From NCBI GenBank assembly GCA_965246715.1, contig CBDFFH010000034.1:32001-96000 (forward strand): DNA of 64,000 bases, in the 5' to 3' direction. Position 1 is the first letter of the stretch. The number at the start of each line of letters is the position of its first letter. The notes below the pieces were generated by a model. The model made no database searches. It had not been told where the DNA came from and was given only the letters and a program-made list of their open reading frames with translations. This document shows, piece after piece, positions 43,317-52,326 of the stretch. Position numbers and translations under genes: made by a program. This DNA comes from Chamaesiphon sp. (GTDB lineage Bacteria > Cyanobacteriota > Cyanobacteriia > Cyanobacteriales > Chamaesiphonaceae).

Positions 43317-43856
43317 TTATGGTTCGGCTGCTAGGATCGAAATCGCTTGTTCGCACCACCTCAACCACCCGTACTCGAACTCGATCCCATTTTTGAGTGT
43401 TAGATAACGCAGCAACTCGGCGCGATCGAATGTTGCGGGATCTGCAAAGAAATTACGTTCGATCTCTAAATAAGTGTCTAAGGTGGCTTGATGTAGCTGG
43501 CGATGATGTGTGAGTTCTCCCAAAATTATCTGTTTATCTACCAAATGACCTGCAAAGATTTTGACCAGCAGCTCGTCCTTAATGTGACTCATCGTTCCTG
43601 GTTGGGCGATCCATTTGCGTAAATATTCCGCTCCAGCTGGGGTAATCGACAACAGGCGCTTATCGGGACGACCAGATTGGTGGATGATTTCAGCATCAAG
43701 ATAGCCTTGCTCTTCTAATTTGGTCAGTTCGCGATAGATCTGCTGTTGAGTGGCATACCAAAAGAAGCCGACCGAACCTGCGAACTGTTTGGAGAGGTCG
43801 TACCCACTGGAGCAGCCATTACTTAGGGTTGCCAAAATTGCATGAGCTAGAGACAT
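43317..43856 (-). CDS. PadR-family transcriptional regulator
   Basis: SGYDL, QQIYREL..LE..G, RPDK wHTH; C-terminal virulence-activator-alpha-type helices. Confidence 0.9.
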   Translation of the reverse strand: MSLAHAILATLSNGCSSGYDLSKQFAGSVGFFWYATQQQIYRELTKLEEQGYLDAEIIHQSGRPDKRLLSITPAGAEYLRKWIAQPGTMSHIKDELLVKIFAGHLVDKQIILGELTHHRQLHQATLDTYLEIERNFFADPATFDRAELLRYLTLKNGIEFEYGWLRWCEQAISILAAEP

Positions 43857-43931
43857 AACGATCGATCGGATTCGAGCAGTGGACAGTATTGAGTTGCCGC
43901 TAGATATTTCCAGGCCGATCGATTCGATCGA

Positions 43932-44002
43932 TTGACATACTCAATAAAGTGAGTATATAGTAATTCGTATGCTCAATAAAGTGAGTATCCACTCAAATGA
44001 GT
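43932..44002 (+). promoter_or_regulatory. Sigma70-type promoter (TTGACA 43932, TATAGT 43956) with tandem palindromic operators, probably PadR sites
   Basis: AT(A/G)CTCAATAAAGTGAGTAT at 43937-43956 and 43969-43988, plus ACTCAAATGAGT at 43991-44002, between divergent padR and DUF4188. Confidence 0.7.
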
Positions 44003-44102
44003 AATATATTCGGCTGTCACCGAGACAGAGTAAACGCGATAGCGCTAGAGATTACCGCGCTAGTAATCCAAACAATTGCGATCGAAATTTAGGAGTAAAG
44101 TG

Positions 44103-44549
44103 ATGGCACAAATCATGGCTGGAAGGTTTACAGCGAAAACTGACGAACCCTTGGTAGTTTTTCTGATTGGGATGCGGATCAATCGGTTGGTAGCAATCTC
44201 AAAATGGTGGCCTACCTTCTCGGCAATGGGGCCGATGCTCCAGACATTGCACCAGCATCCGGAAAAAGGTTTTTTGGGAGCTGAAACATTTTTGTACCCC
44301 TGGGGAGTTGGCTTGCTCCAATACTGGCAATCGATCGAAGATCTCACGCATTTTGCTCGCAATCCTAGCGATCTTCACCAACAAGCATGGCAAAAATTCA
44401 ATCGATCGATCGGCGCAGATGGTAGCGTCGGAATCTGGCATGAAACTTATCAGATCGCTCCGAGAAATCACGAATCGATCTATGTCAATATGCCTGTCTT
44501 TGGTTTAGCCGCAGCGACACAGCACGTACCAATGTCCGCTCGTCATTAA
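44103..44549 (+). CDS. DUF4188 family (monooxygenase-like) protein
   Basis: VVFLIGMRIN, QYW.S.E.L..FA, VGIWHETY, YVNMP.FGL; RBS AGGAG before start. Confidence 0.85.
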   Translation: MAQIMAGRFTAKTDEPLVVFLIGMRINRLVAISKWWPTFSAMGPMLQTLHQHPEKGFLGAETFLYPWGVGLLQYWQSIEDLTHFARNPSDLHQQAWQKFNRSIGADGSVGIWHETYQIAPRNHESIYVNMPVFGLAAATQHVPMSARH

Positions 44550-44610
44550 TATTTACTACAAAAATGCGATCGATCCTCTGGTTACAAATCCTTAAATTGA
44601 ATGTTTTCTG

Positions 44611-44633
44611 AGGGCGGAAGCTATTTTTCCGGG
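44611..44633 (+). promoter_or_regulatory. Putative WYL-regulator operator, copy 1
   Basis: AGGGCGGAAGCTATTTTTCCGGG (CGGAA-N7-TTCCG), identical to 53187-53209. Confidence 0.65.
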
Positions 44634-44676
44634 TCGGATGGGTAGTATAGACAGGAATACTACAATTGCCTAGCGG

Positions 44677-45663
44677 ATGAATGACCGTCCAATTCAAATA
44701 GAAAGGTTTTTGGAGATCGATCGCTTGCTACGTGGGCGAGAACGACAGACGAATGGGAGTCTGTCAGAACATTTGGAAGTAAGCGATCGAACTATTCGCA
44801 CCGATCTGAAGTGGATGCGAGATCGCTATTGTGCGCCTGTTGAATTTTGCACTCAAAGAGGCTGGCACTATACCGATCCGGATTGGCGATTGCCAACGAT
44901 CCCGTTACATAAGGGGGAGTTATTTGCGCTGACTCTGGGAGCGCGAATGCTGGAGGCTTTTCACGGGACGACTTATGCTTTGGAGTTGAGAGCGGCGATC
45001 TCCAGATTGAGCGAAAGATTGCCGCAACAGAGTTGGGTAGATTTACAACAATTAGCAGACAATCGAATTAGCTTTCGATCGGGCGTACAAATCGATTTAG
45101 ATCCGGCAATTTGGCAGCAATTGGAAGATGCCTGTCGGGAACAGAAATCGGTGCAGATGCGCTACTATTCACCGCAGAATAATGAGACTACCGATCGAGG
45201 ATTCGATCCCTACCTGCTGCATATTTATCGCGGTACGAATCCTTATGTCATCGGTTATTGTCATTTGCGATCGGATATGCGCTGGTTTCGGGTCGATCGA
45301 ATTCGGAGTTTAACGTTACTGCCAGCTAGTTTCACCCGCAATCCGACGTTCGATCCGCAACAGCATTTAGCCAATATTTTTCAATATGAGGTGGGTGGGA
45401 AGCCTCGCGCTGTGGTGATTTGGTTCGATCCAAAAACGGCACCATTTATCCGCGAACGCCGCTGGCATCATACCCAAGAGATTGAAGAGCACTCTGATGG
45501 TGCGCTGACGTTGAAGATGGTGGTACCTGGAACGAATGATGTGAAGCGATGGGTGTTGGGATATGGGGTAGGCGCGATCGTGCGGGAGCCGCCAGAGTTA
45601 GTTGATTTGGTGTGTAGGGAAATCGAAGGGATGATGAGTGGTTATCAAAATTTAACTGTATGA
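44677..45663 (+). CDS. CRISPR-associated WYL-domain transcriptional regulator (wHTH-WYL-WCX)
   Basis: LEVSDRTIRTDL HTH; YVIGYCHLR...FRVDRI WYL core; WVLGYG...V.EP WCX; directly upstream of the cas operon. Confidence 0.92.
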   Translation: MNDRPIQIERFLEIDRLLRGRERQTNGSLSEHLEVSDRTIRTDLKWMRDRYCAPVEFCTQRGWHYTDPDWRLPTIPLHKGELFALTLGARMLEAFHGTTYALELRAAISRLSERLPQQSWVDLQQLADNRISFRSGVQIDLDPAIWQQLEDACREQKSVQMRYYSPQNNETTDRGFDPYLLHIYRGTNPYVIGYCHLRSDMRWFRVDRIRSLTLLPASFTRNPTFDPQQHLANIFQYEVGGKPRAVVIWFDPKTAPFIRERRWHHTQEIEEHSDGALTLKMVVPGTNDVKRWVLGYGVGAIVREPPELVDLVCREIEGMMSGYQNLTV

Positions 45664-45697
45664 GAGGTGTATTCAGATGAAAGGAGTGTTAGCCTTG

Positions 45698-45805
45698 GTT
45701 TACTCATTGATTGCGCCACAAGGCGTTGAGCAATATATCGCGTATGCTGCTCGACAGTGTATATTCACTGTTTCATCCATTGACCGCCCCGAGGCGATTT
45801 TAAAA
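45698..45805 (+). ncRNA. crRNA-like mini-array (degenerate repeat, 36-nt spacer, degenerate repeat), self-targeting; CreA/CreR-like
   Basis: Repeat 45698-45733 keeps AAGGCGTTGAGCA and the stem; spacer 45734-45769; second repeat keeps CGCC-N4-GGCG; spacer nt 1-18 match 45809-45826 (minus) next to an ATG PAM. Confidence 0.85.
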
Positions 45806-45828
45806 AATAGCAGCGTACGCTATATACA

Positions 45829-45857
45829 TTGCAAATTTTATAGCTTGATGATATTCT
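45829..45857 (+). promoter_or_regulatory. Predicted promoter of the small ORF-cas6-cas5 operon
   Basis: TTGCAA (45829-45834), 17 bp, TATTCT (45852-45857) with extended -10 TGn. Confidence 0.7.
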
Positions 45858-45893
45858 ACGATTGTCAGCTAATTTTGTGATGGGTAATTTCAT

Positions 45894-46145
45894 ATGGATG
45901 AGGATCTACAGCATATTTATTCTGAAATTTCAAGTATCAGAAAAGGATTTACCTCCTGTCAAGCAGAGCTAAATTCCTCCCAGGCAAGGCTAGACTCCTC
46001 TCGATCTCGATTAGATGAGGTTGAGTTGCAGATGAGAAATATTGAGGTTTCGCTAGATCGGATCGAATGTTTAGAAAGTAGGGCAGATGTGTATTCTGAT
46101 AGCGGAGATTCCCTCGCTGACTGGCTATGTTCATCAAAACAGTAA
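45894..46145 (+). CDS. Small coiled-coil protein heading the cas operon; candidate CRISPR-regulated toxin or accessory factor
   Basis: 83 aa with regular heptad hydrophobic pattern; first ORF after the targeted promoter; stop 8 nt before the likely cas6 ATG. Confidence 0.55.
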   Translation: MDEDLQHIYSEISSIRKGFTSCQAELNSSQARLDSSRSRLDEVELQMRNIEVSLDRIECLESRADVYSDSGDSLADWLCSSKQ

Positions 46146-46153
46146 ATGAGACT

Positions 46154-46822
46154 ATGAATTATTTAGAAATTCAATACAAGCTATGTGGCAAAACCTTACC
46201 AGCCGATCATGGATATGCACTATATTCTGCTATCAAAAAACTTGTTCTAGAGAGGCATGATGTCTATAAAAACTTACTTATAGATGGCTCTTTACATACA
46301 GATATATTAATCTCTAGTATTTCAGGCATACCAGATCGCAATAGAACGATATATCTCAATAAATTCTCACGGTTGCGGTTGCGCTGTCCTAGTGATGAAG
46401 TTCAAGTTTGTTATCGACTATTGCAAAATCAAGTACTCGATATTCAGGGGCATTTAATTAGATTAATTCAGCCGCAATTAACCTTGCCAGAAGTGAGTGA
46501 AACTCTGAGATCGAGATTAGTAACTTTTAAGCTGAAAGATTGGGATGAGCGTGAAGCTCCCGCACATTTTCTCACATCTTGTCAACGAGCCTTAGATCGT
46601 TTGGAAATTCAAGCTAAACCCTTTATTGATAGCGATCGATCTGGAGATCTTGCCAAGCGATCGCTATGTATTCATGGCAAACATGTAATGGGTTACGGGG
46701 TAGTAATTGAGGGTTTAAACCCCGATGATTCGATTAAACTGCAATGTCTGGGTTTAGGTGGGCGTAAGCATTTTGGCTGTGGCTGGTTTTATCCCAGCAA
46801 AGAGGTAGCCGATGCCAACTAA
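46154..46822 (+). CDS. cas6: CRISPR endoribonuclease Cas6 (MYXAN/I-B type)
   Basis: LPADHGYALYSAI N-terminus and GLGGRKHFGCGWF G-loop; start MNYLE (46127 is an alternative). Confidence 0.95.
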   Translation: MNYLEIQYKLCGKTLPADHGYALYSAIKKLVLERHDVYKNLLIDGSLHTDILISSISGIPDRNRTIYLNKFSRLRLRCPSDEVQVCYRLLQNQVLDIQGHLIRLIQPQLTLPEVSETLRSRLVTFKLKDWDEREAPAHFLTSCQRALDRLEIQAKPFIDSDRSGDLAKRSLCIHGKHVMGYGVVIEGLNPDDSIKLQCLGLGGRKHFGCGWFYPSKEVADAN

Positions 46823-49097
46823 ATTACCTCGTCAGTTACAGACAAATATTTTATTAGCAAAATCATTCAATCCTAAAACAGAAACTTGGCAAGGTGCTTA
46901 TACACTGCTCGGACATACAGTAGCAGTTGTAAATGCGGTGACAGCGATCGTGAATCATTTGGACGATCGATTGATTTCTCAATTTGGCTTAAATTGCGAT
47001 CTATCTTACTTATTAGCAACTGTAAGATTGGCTGCATATTTACACGATTGGGGTAAGGCTAATAGTAATTTTCAGCAGGTAGTGAGAAAGCAGCGAAATC
47101 CACTTGTCAATCCTCAAATGATTCGTCATGAGGTCGCTTCTGTTTTACTCGCATGGGAATTTCGAGAATGGTTGAGCCAAGCTGATGGGGATTTTTATAT
47201 CGCATTAGCTGCGGCTGGTGGACATCATCTTAAATTGGGTGGACGCAGCGGTAAAAGAAACGACGAGTTGGGTGAGTTGAGATTGGGAACTGAGGATGAA
47301 GAACTTCACCTATATACCAGTCATTCTAATTTCAAAGCATTATTAAAATATGGAGTCAGATCGGTAGGATTACCCCTAAAAATCAAGCTGACTCGTAAAC
47401 CTGCAAATAGTTGGTCTGTTAGTGAATTAAAACATACTAAACGGGACGAAATTCGGGCAGAGTTCGATCGATGGAAACCCGAGCCAGTTTTACTTGCAGT
47501 CGTCAAATCTTTGTTGGTAGCTGGAGATGCGATCGGCTCGGCATTACCACCACAGAAAATCGATATCAAAGCCTGGATTGAGGGCGAACTCTCGCAAACT
47601 TTGACTGTTGAAAAGTTAGAACGAGTGATTGAATCTCGGCTCAAACCTGGGGAATCATTACGCCCATTTCAAATCGATTTAGGAGCATCGACAGCACGAG
47701 TTACCCTCGCTAGAGCGGGTTGCGGTACGGGTAAAACTGTTGGCGCGTATAACTGGGCAAAACGTCATGCGATCGATCGGAAGCTGATTTTCTGCTATCC
47801 CACTACTGGTACAAGTACCGAAGGCTTTATTGATTACGTTCACAACCAGTTAGATTCAGAATTACTTCACTCTCGCGCCAATGTCGATCTCGAAGAATTT
47901 AAGAAACAAGAAAAGGAAAAAGAATTGACTGAACTTGCGGCTACAGGCGAAGAAGTCGATGCGGGAGATGGTACGGAAAATGAGACGGCTAAAAAACTCG
48001 AATCATTTAAAGCTTGGGGCAAAGAATCGATCGTTTGTACCGTCGATACTGTTTTGGGATTACTCCAGTGTAACCGCCGCCCGATGTATTTTTTCCCCGT
48101 TATCTCACAAGCTGCGTTTGTTTTTGACGAAGTGCATTGCTATGATGATTCGCTGTTTGGTGCATTACTGCGATTTCTGGAAGTCGTCAAAGCACCGATT
48201 TTGCTGATGTCTGCATCGATTCAACCTTGGCAATTAGAGGCGATCGAAACAGCCGTAGGCGAACCCGTAAATATCATCCAGGGAGCGGCAGATTTGGAGC
48301 AGCAGCCCCGTTATCGCTTTGAATATGCCGATGAGCCAAATTGGGAACGAGTGGCTCAGGAGCTAGAAAATGGCGGGAAGGTGCTGTGGGTTTGCAATCA
48401 GGTGAAAACAGCAATTGGGGTGTATTTAGAGGCTAAGGCAAAAAATTTGAATGCGGTACTCTATCACAGTCGCTATCGCTATCAGGATCGAGTCGAACAT
48501 CATCGATCGGTAGTGGATGGATTTAAACAGGATAAGCCCATTCTGGCGATCGCGACGCAAGTAGCCGAGATGTCATTAGACTTATCCGCAACACTGCTTG
48601 TGTCCCAAATTGCCAATCCTGCGGGGCTGATTCAACGCTTGGGACGGTTGAATCGTCGCTACTGTGGACATGCCTTAGATGCGCTATTTTACCCCGATGG
48701 GGTGCCGGGATATCCCTATGATGAACAAACCGATCTCGCAGAAGGGTTGCGGTTAATCCAGTCATTCGAGGGAGAAGTCAATCAAGCACAACTGGCGGAA
48801 TGGTTGGAAAAATCGGATCTTGGCGGTAAACCTAACAAAGATTCGGTGCTACTCGATGGCAAATGGCGCACTTATCCGACATCGTTACGAGATGCGGGAT
48901 ATACAACCACCGTATTACTGGAAGAGGATTTAAAAATGATTAAATCTCAGTCGGCGGGATTAATTCCGCGTTATACAGTTCCGTTAATTGTGAATAAGCA
49001 AAAGCTGGATAAATGGGAACGATATAAATACTATCCGATCGCACCGACTGCGGAATGGATCTATTCACAAGAAATCGGCGCACGGGAGGTGAAATAG
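46812..49097 (+). CDS. cas3: CRISPR nuclease/helicase Cas3
   Basis: HD domain (GHT...LHDWGK), Walker A GCGTGKT, DEVH, SAS, QRLGRLNR. Confidence 0.96.
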   Translation: MPTKLPRQLQTNILLAKSFNPKTETWQGAYTLLGHTVAVVNAVTAIVNHLDDRLISQFGLNCDLSYLLATVRLAAYLHDWGKANSNFQQVVRKQRNPLVNPQMIRHEVASVLLAWEFREWLSQADGDFYIALAAAGGHHLKLGGRSGKRNDELGELRLGTEDEELHLYTSHSNFKALLKYGVRSVGLPLKIKLTRKPANSWSVSELKHTKRDEIRAEFDRWKPEPVLLAVVKSLLVAGDAIGSALPPQKIDIKAWIEGELSQTLTVEKLERVIESRLKPGESLRPFQIDLGASTARVTLARAGCGTGKTVGAYNWAKRHAIDRKLIFCYPTTGTSTEGFIDYVHNQLDSELLHSRANVDLEEFKKQEKEKELTELAATGEEVDAGDGTENETAKKLESFKAWGKESIVCTVDTVLGLLQCNRRPMYFFPVISQAAFVFDEVHCYDDSLFGALLRFLEVVKAPILLMSASIQPWQLEAIETAVGEPVNIIQGAADLEQQPRYRFEYADEPNWERVAQELENGGKVLWVCNQVKTAIGVYLEAKAKNLNAVLYHSRYRYQDRVEHHRSVVDGFKQDKPILAIATQVAEMSLDLSATLLVSQIANPAGLIQRLGRLNRRYCGHALDALFYPDGVPGYPYDEQTDLAEGLRLIQSFEGEVNQAQLAEWLEKSDLGGKPNKDSVLLDGKWRTYPTSLRDAGYTTTVLLEEDLKMIKSQSAGLIPRYTVPLIVNKQKLDKWERYKYYPIAPTAEWIYSQEIGAREVK

Positions 49098-49100
49098 TTA

Positions 49101-50606
49101 ATGTCAGAACTTACATTGTCGCTACTCGATCCGAATACTTTATTACCCCATCGAGCGGGAATTGCCGGATTAGCACTAGCATTATCTGAGATCGATCCCC
49201 AGGATGCTCCATTAACTTGGAATGTCACTGAAGATGCTGTAAATCTAACTTGGGAAGGTACAGATAAAGATGCCATTCACTGGTTGCTAAATCAAACTTA
49301 TCAGATTCAGAATGGCTATCTCAATGTCCCCGCACTCAAACTCGATTTACAATCCCGATATACATTTACTGAAGGCGTAACGGTGACACTATTACAACAT
49401 AGCAAGCAGCGCAATCGCGAGAAAAATACCGTCTCTTTGAATTTTGCGATCGAAGATGGACAGCCAGAAATTAGATTAGAATTTCGTCCAGTGATTGACT
49501 GCTACTATACTCGCGACATTTCCGATGCTTTCGACAAAAAAGGTAACTTCAAAAAAGCGATCGCGCTTAAAGGTCATCATTTACCTGGATTAGTTGAATG
49601 TTTTGTCAACGGAGCGTATCAAGAATCACCAACTGGATTCCTATCGCTGCTATTTCTCCCCCTTGCTTGCAGCTATTACAAATTGCCTGGATTCCTCGCC
49701 GCCTTAGTAATTCCAGAAGTAATAAACCTGGTGGAATGGGTAGCACAAAGACAGGAATCTTCAGGGCAAATATTTCAACGGCTCAAAGCTCCCTACGCAG
49801 ACTTTCGATCGAGTGGTGCGGGAGAATCCGCTCTTCGCTTTCTATTGCGGCAAAAAGTTATCGCAGGCGCTAAATATCTACCGATTCGTTATTGCGAGGT
49901 GTATCAACTGGGGAAACAACCTTGGGATGGCAATCAATCTTATCTCAAACAAGCCGTATATCGCGTAGAGGTGAAGCCAGAAATTTTAGAGCTATATGAT
50001 ATTGCCGAACAACTATTCCCTGCGAAGATTCGCCTGACTGATAAAGGTGAAAGCTGGCTGGCAATTTCTAAAGTATTGCCCTGGATTTCGGAAAATTTAG
50101 TACGGGGGAAACCTTGGTATAGCGGATTTTATGAATTTTACAAACGCAACGATATCTACGAACGTAAAGGACTAGTGAAAATGACAAATCATCTCACATC
50201 AGACGAACAAATTTTATTTGATGCTATGCAAGGATCTTTTCGGATCTATTTACGTGGGCAAATTATTCAAGCTCAAAAGCAAGGACGTAAACCCGATTAT
50301 CCGCAAATAACCGATAAAGTAATCTATCGCTTGCAACGTCCGAGTACCCAACAAGAATTTGCCACAGCATTAGTCGATTTCTTGAGTCAGTTTCGGAGTA
50401 AAGCCGCTCGATCTGCTGGTAGCCAAATTTATGCGTGGATTCACCGCGAAGGTAACTGGAAACAGGCGAGAGATTTGGTATTACTGGCGATCGCAACTTA
50501 TGCCAGTAAGAAAGAAGATAGTCCCGATGGCGTGGAAATCTCGATCGAATCAAATCCCGATCTGGAAACTGAAAATTCACCAGAATTTGAGATGGATCTC
50601 TCATGA
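49101..50606 (+). CDS. cas8: Cascade large subunit Cas8 (Cmx8/Cas8b type)
   Basis: HRAGIAGL N-terminal motif; position between cas3 and cas7. Confidence 0.88.
   Translation: MSELTLSLLDPNTLLPHRAGIAGLALALSEIDPQDAPLTWNVTEDAVNLTWEGTDKDAIHWLLNQTYQIQNGYLNVPALKLDLQSRYTFTEGVTVTLLQHSKQRNREKNTVSLNFAIEDGQPEIRLEFRPVIDCYYTRDISDAFDKKGNFKKAIALKGHHLPGLVECFVNGAYQESPTGFLSLLFLPLACSYYKLPGFLAALVIPEVINLVEWVAQRQESSGQIFQRLKAPYADFRSSGAGESALRFLLRQKVIAGAKYLPIRYCEVYQLGKQPWDGNQSYLKQAVYRVEVKPEILELYDIAEQLFPAKIRLTDKGESWLAISKVLPWISENLVRGKPWYSGFYEFYKRNDIYERKGLVKMTNHLTSDEQILFDAMQGSFRIYLRGQIIQAQKQGRKPDYPQITDKVIYRLQRPSTQQEFATALVDFLSQFRSKAARSAGSQIYAWIHREGNWKQARDLVLLAIATYASKKEDSPDGVEISIESNPDLETENSPEFEMDLS
50181..50606 (+). CDS. 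cas11: Predicted internally translated small subunit Cas11 (141 aa), in frame within cas8
   Basis: AAAGGA at 50166-50171, 9 nt before an in-frame ATG that opens a helical C-terminal domain; internal Cas11 translation is established for I-B/I-C/I-D. Confidence 0.65.
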   Translation: MTNHLTSDEQILFDAMQGSFRIYLRGQIIQAQKQGRKPDYPQITDKVIYRLQRPSTQQEFATALVDFLSQFRSKAARSAGSQIYAWIHREGNWKQARDLVLLAIATYASKKEDSPDGVEISIESNPDLETENSPEFEMDLS

Positions 50607-50737
50607 AAAATATTCACGACATTGGTGCATTACTGCGGAGACTAACGCACTCTACAATCAACATTTATCTCGTAGGATGTGCAATCGCACCAGCGTAACG
50701 TACCATCATCAATCTTCAACCCTCAAACATAATTATC

Positions 50738-51598
50738 ATGTCTAAACATTTATTTGCGACCATTGTTACATCTACTGCTGTTGCTGCCAATAACCGAGGT
50801 GAAGGCGATGGTAGTACCTTATCTACCCTCCAAAAAATCACTCGCGGTAACGACCAATACACGACAATTAGTGCTGAAGCAATTCGCTGGGGGTTGCGAG
50901 AATATTTGCAAAATCATCATCCTGAATTAACTAATCGTACCTTCGATCCTGACAAGGATCTATACAACTTTAAAGATGAAGTATTTAGTGCCAAAAAATA
51001 TATCGATGACGATCTATTTGGGTTTATGGACGCAAAGAAGGGGGCAAATAATGAAAATGCTACTAAAAAGCGTCGGGGTGCATTAGAAGTAAGCCGTGCT
51101 ATGAGTCTCGATCCTTATTGGGGTGATATCGCCTTTGGATCTAAAGGTGGAGAAAAAAATAAAACTTCGATTCATAGCACCGAAATTCACTGTACTGCTT
51201 ATCAATATACGATCGCACTTACACCCGAAAGTTTACAAGATTCTCAACGTGCAGCATTAGTACTCGATGCTATTTCCGCCGTGCGTCATGTGGGGGGGAA
51301 TCATGCGCGATTCCTGTATGATTTCCGTCCAGAATCGATCGTTATTCGCGTAACTCAAGATCCTAGTCCGTGGATTATGGATAGTTTTAAACGGATGGGA
51401 GAATCGATCGGTTGTCCGAAATTATTGCGATTGGTTGAAGTTGGTGATGTCAATCCTCACGAACTAATTGTAGCTGGTGAAGTTGCCGATACATTATACG
51501 GTCAAAAGCTTGCAGAGGCGGGTGTAAAAGTATTGCGCGGAGTAAAAGAAGCGATTTCTACCGCTCAAGAATTTTTAAAAACCGAGGTGAAAGCATGA
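50738..51598 (+). CDS. cas7: Cascade backbone Cas7 (DevR type)
   Basis: AANNRGEG, ISAEAIRW.LRE, DDDLFGFM, GGNHARFLYDF.PESIV. Confidence 0.94.
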   Translation: MSKHLFATIVTSTAVAANNRGEGDGSTLSTLQKITRGNDQYTTISAEAIRWGLREYLQNHHPELTNRTFDPDKDLYNFKDEVFSAKKYIDDDLFGFMDAKKGANNENATKKRRGALEVSRAMSLDPYWGDIAFGSKGGEKNKTSIHSTEIHCTAYQYTIALTPESLQDSQRAALVLDAISAVRHVGGNHARFLYDFRPESIVIRVTQDPSPWIMDSFKRMGESIGCPKLLRLVEVGDVNPHELIVAGEVADTLYGQKLAEAGVKVLRGVKEAISTAQEFLKTEVKA

Positions 51599-52326
51599 TG
51601 CAATTATATTTAGATTGCCCCTGTACGAGTTTTCCCCGCAGTTTTGCACGGGATTACAAGGAAACCTATCAATATCCGCCGCCATCGACAGTCTATGGAA
51701 TGCTATTATCGCTAGTCGGCGAGATCGATCTGATGGCACATATTGGTGTGAAAATTGCGATCGGGATTATCGGCGACAATCGGCCAATATCTAAAATCGT
51801 TCGCAAACAAAGGAACCATAAATACGATAACGGTGGAAGTGAACACAAGAAGCGAGTTGCTAAATATGGAGAACGAGTTTATCCATCACAGTTATTATCT
51901 AAACCCAATCATCAAGAATTACTTACCGATCTCCAATTCGTTGTCAGTATAAATTCTAGTGCAGAAACTGCTACGCTGAAATTAATCGATTCCCCAAAGG
52001 GGACGCTATGCGAACGCATTGCCGTCGCCTTAGCTACTCCCAGTCAAATTACCCGTTTTGGTGGGTTGAGTTTGGGCGAGTCTTGGTCGTTAATTAATGG
52101 TGTCAGAACATATCGCGAATCCGATGGCGATATTCGGTGGTTGGTGAAAGATAAGCGGGGTTTAATTGGTTTGCCAGTTTGGATCGATCGATCCACCACT
52201 CAGGGGACATTCCAACGATTTAGCATGGGTGAGTTTAGCGAAGATGCCTGGGTTTCTATCTCCCCGCCGATTTCAGTCACTCCCACCACATCACCTAAAG
52301 CTACTCGTAAACCGAAAGTCACCTGA
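51595..52326 (+). CDS. cas5: Cas5 (DevS/Cmx5 type)
   Basis: ARDYKETYQYPPPSTVYGMLLSLVG, RFGGLSLGES. Confidence 0.94.
   Translation: MMQLYLDCPCTSFPRSFARDYKETYQYPPPSTVYGMLLSLVGEIDLMAHIGVKIAIGIIGDNRPISKIVRKQRNHKYDNGGSEHKKRVAKYGERVYPSQLLSKPNHQELLTDLQFVVSINSSAETATLKLIDSPKGTLCERIAVALATPSQITRFGGLSLGESWSLINGVRTYRESDGDIRWLVKDKRGLIGLPVWIDRSTTQGTFQRFSMGEFSEDAWVSISPPISVTPTTSPKATRKPKVT
51991..52014 (-). repeat. 24-nt SDR5-like repeat inserted in frame into a CGAT^CG site of cas5
   Basis: Reverse complement TTCGCATAGCGTCCCCTTTGGGGA; removal restores CGATCG and KLIDRIAVAL. Confidence 0.7.

Noticed and set aside
45677..45880. 67-aa ORF between WYL and cas6
   Set aside because: Spans the mini-array, target site and promoter; better explained as non-coding regulatory sequence
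50607..50737. cas8-cas7 intergenic region as another crRNA-like unit
   Set aside because: No GCC-N4-GGCG stem or TTGAGCAC handle; looks like a decayed REP-type palindrome
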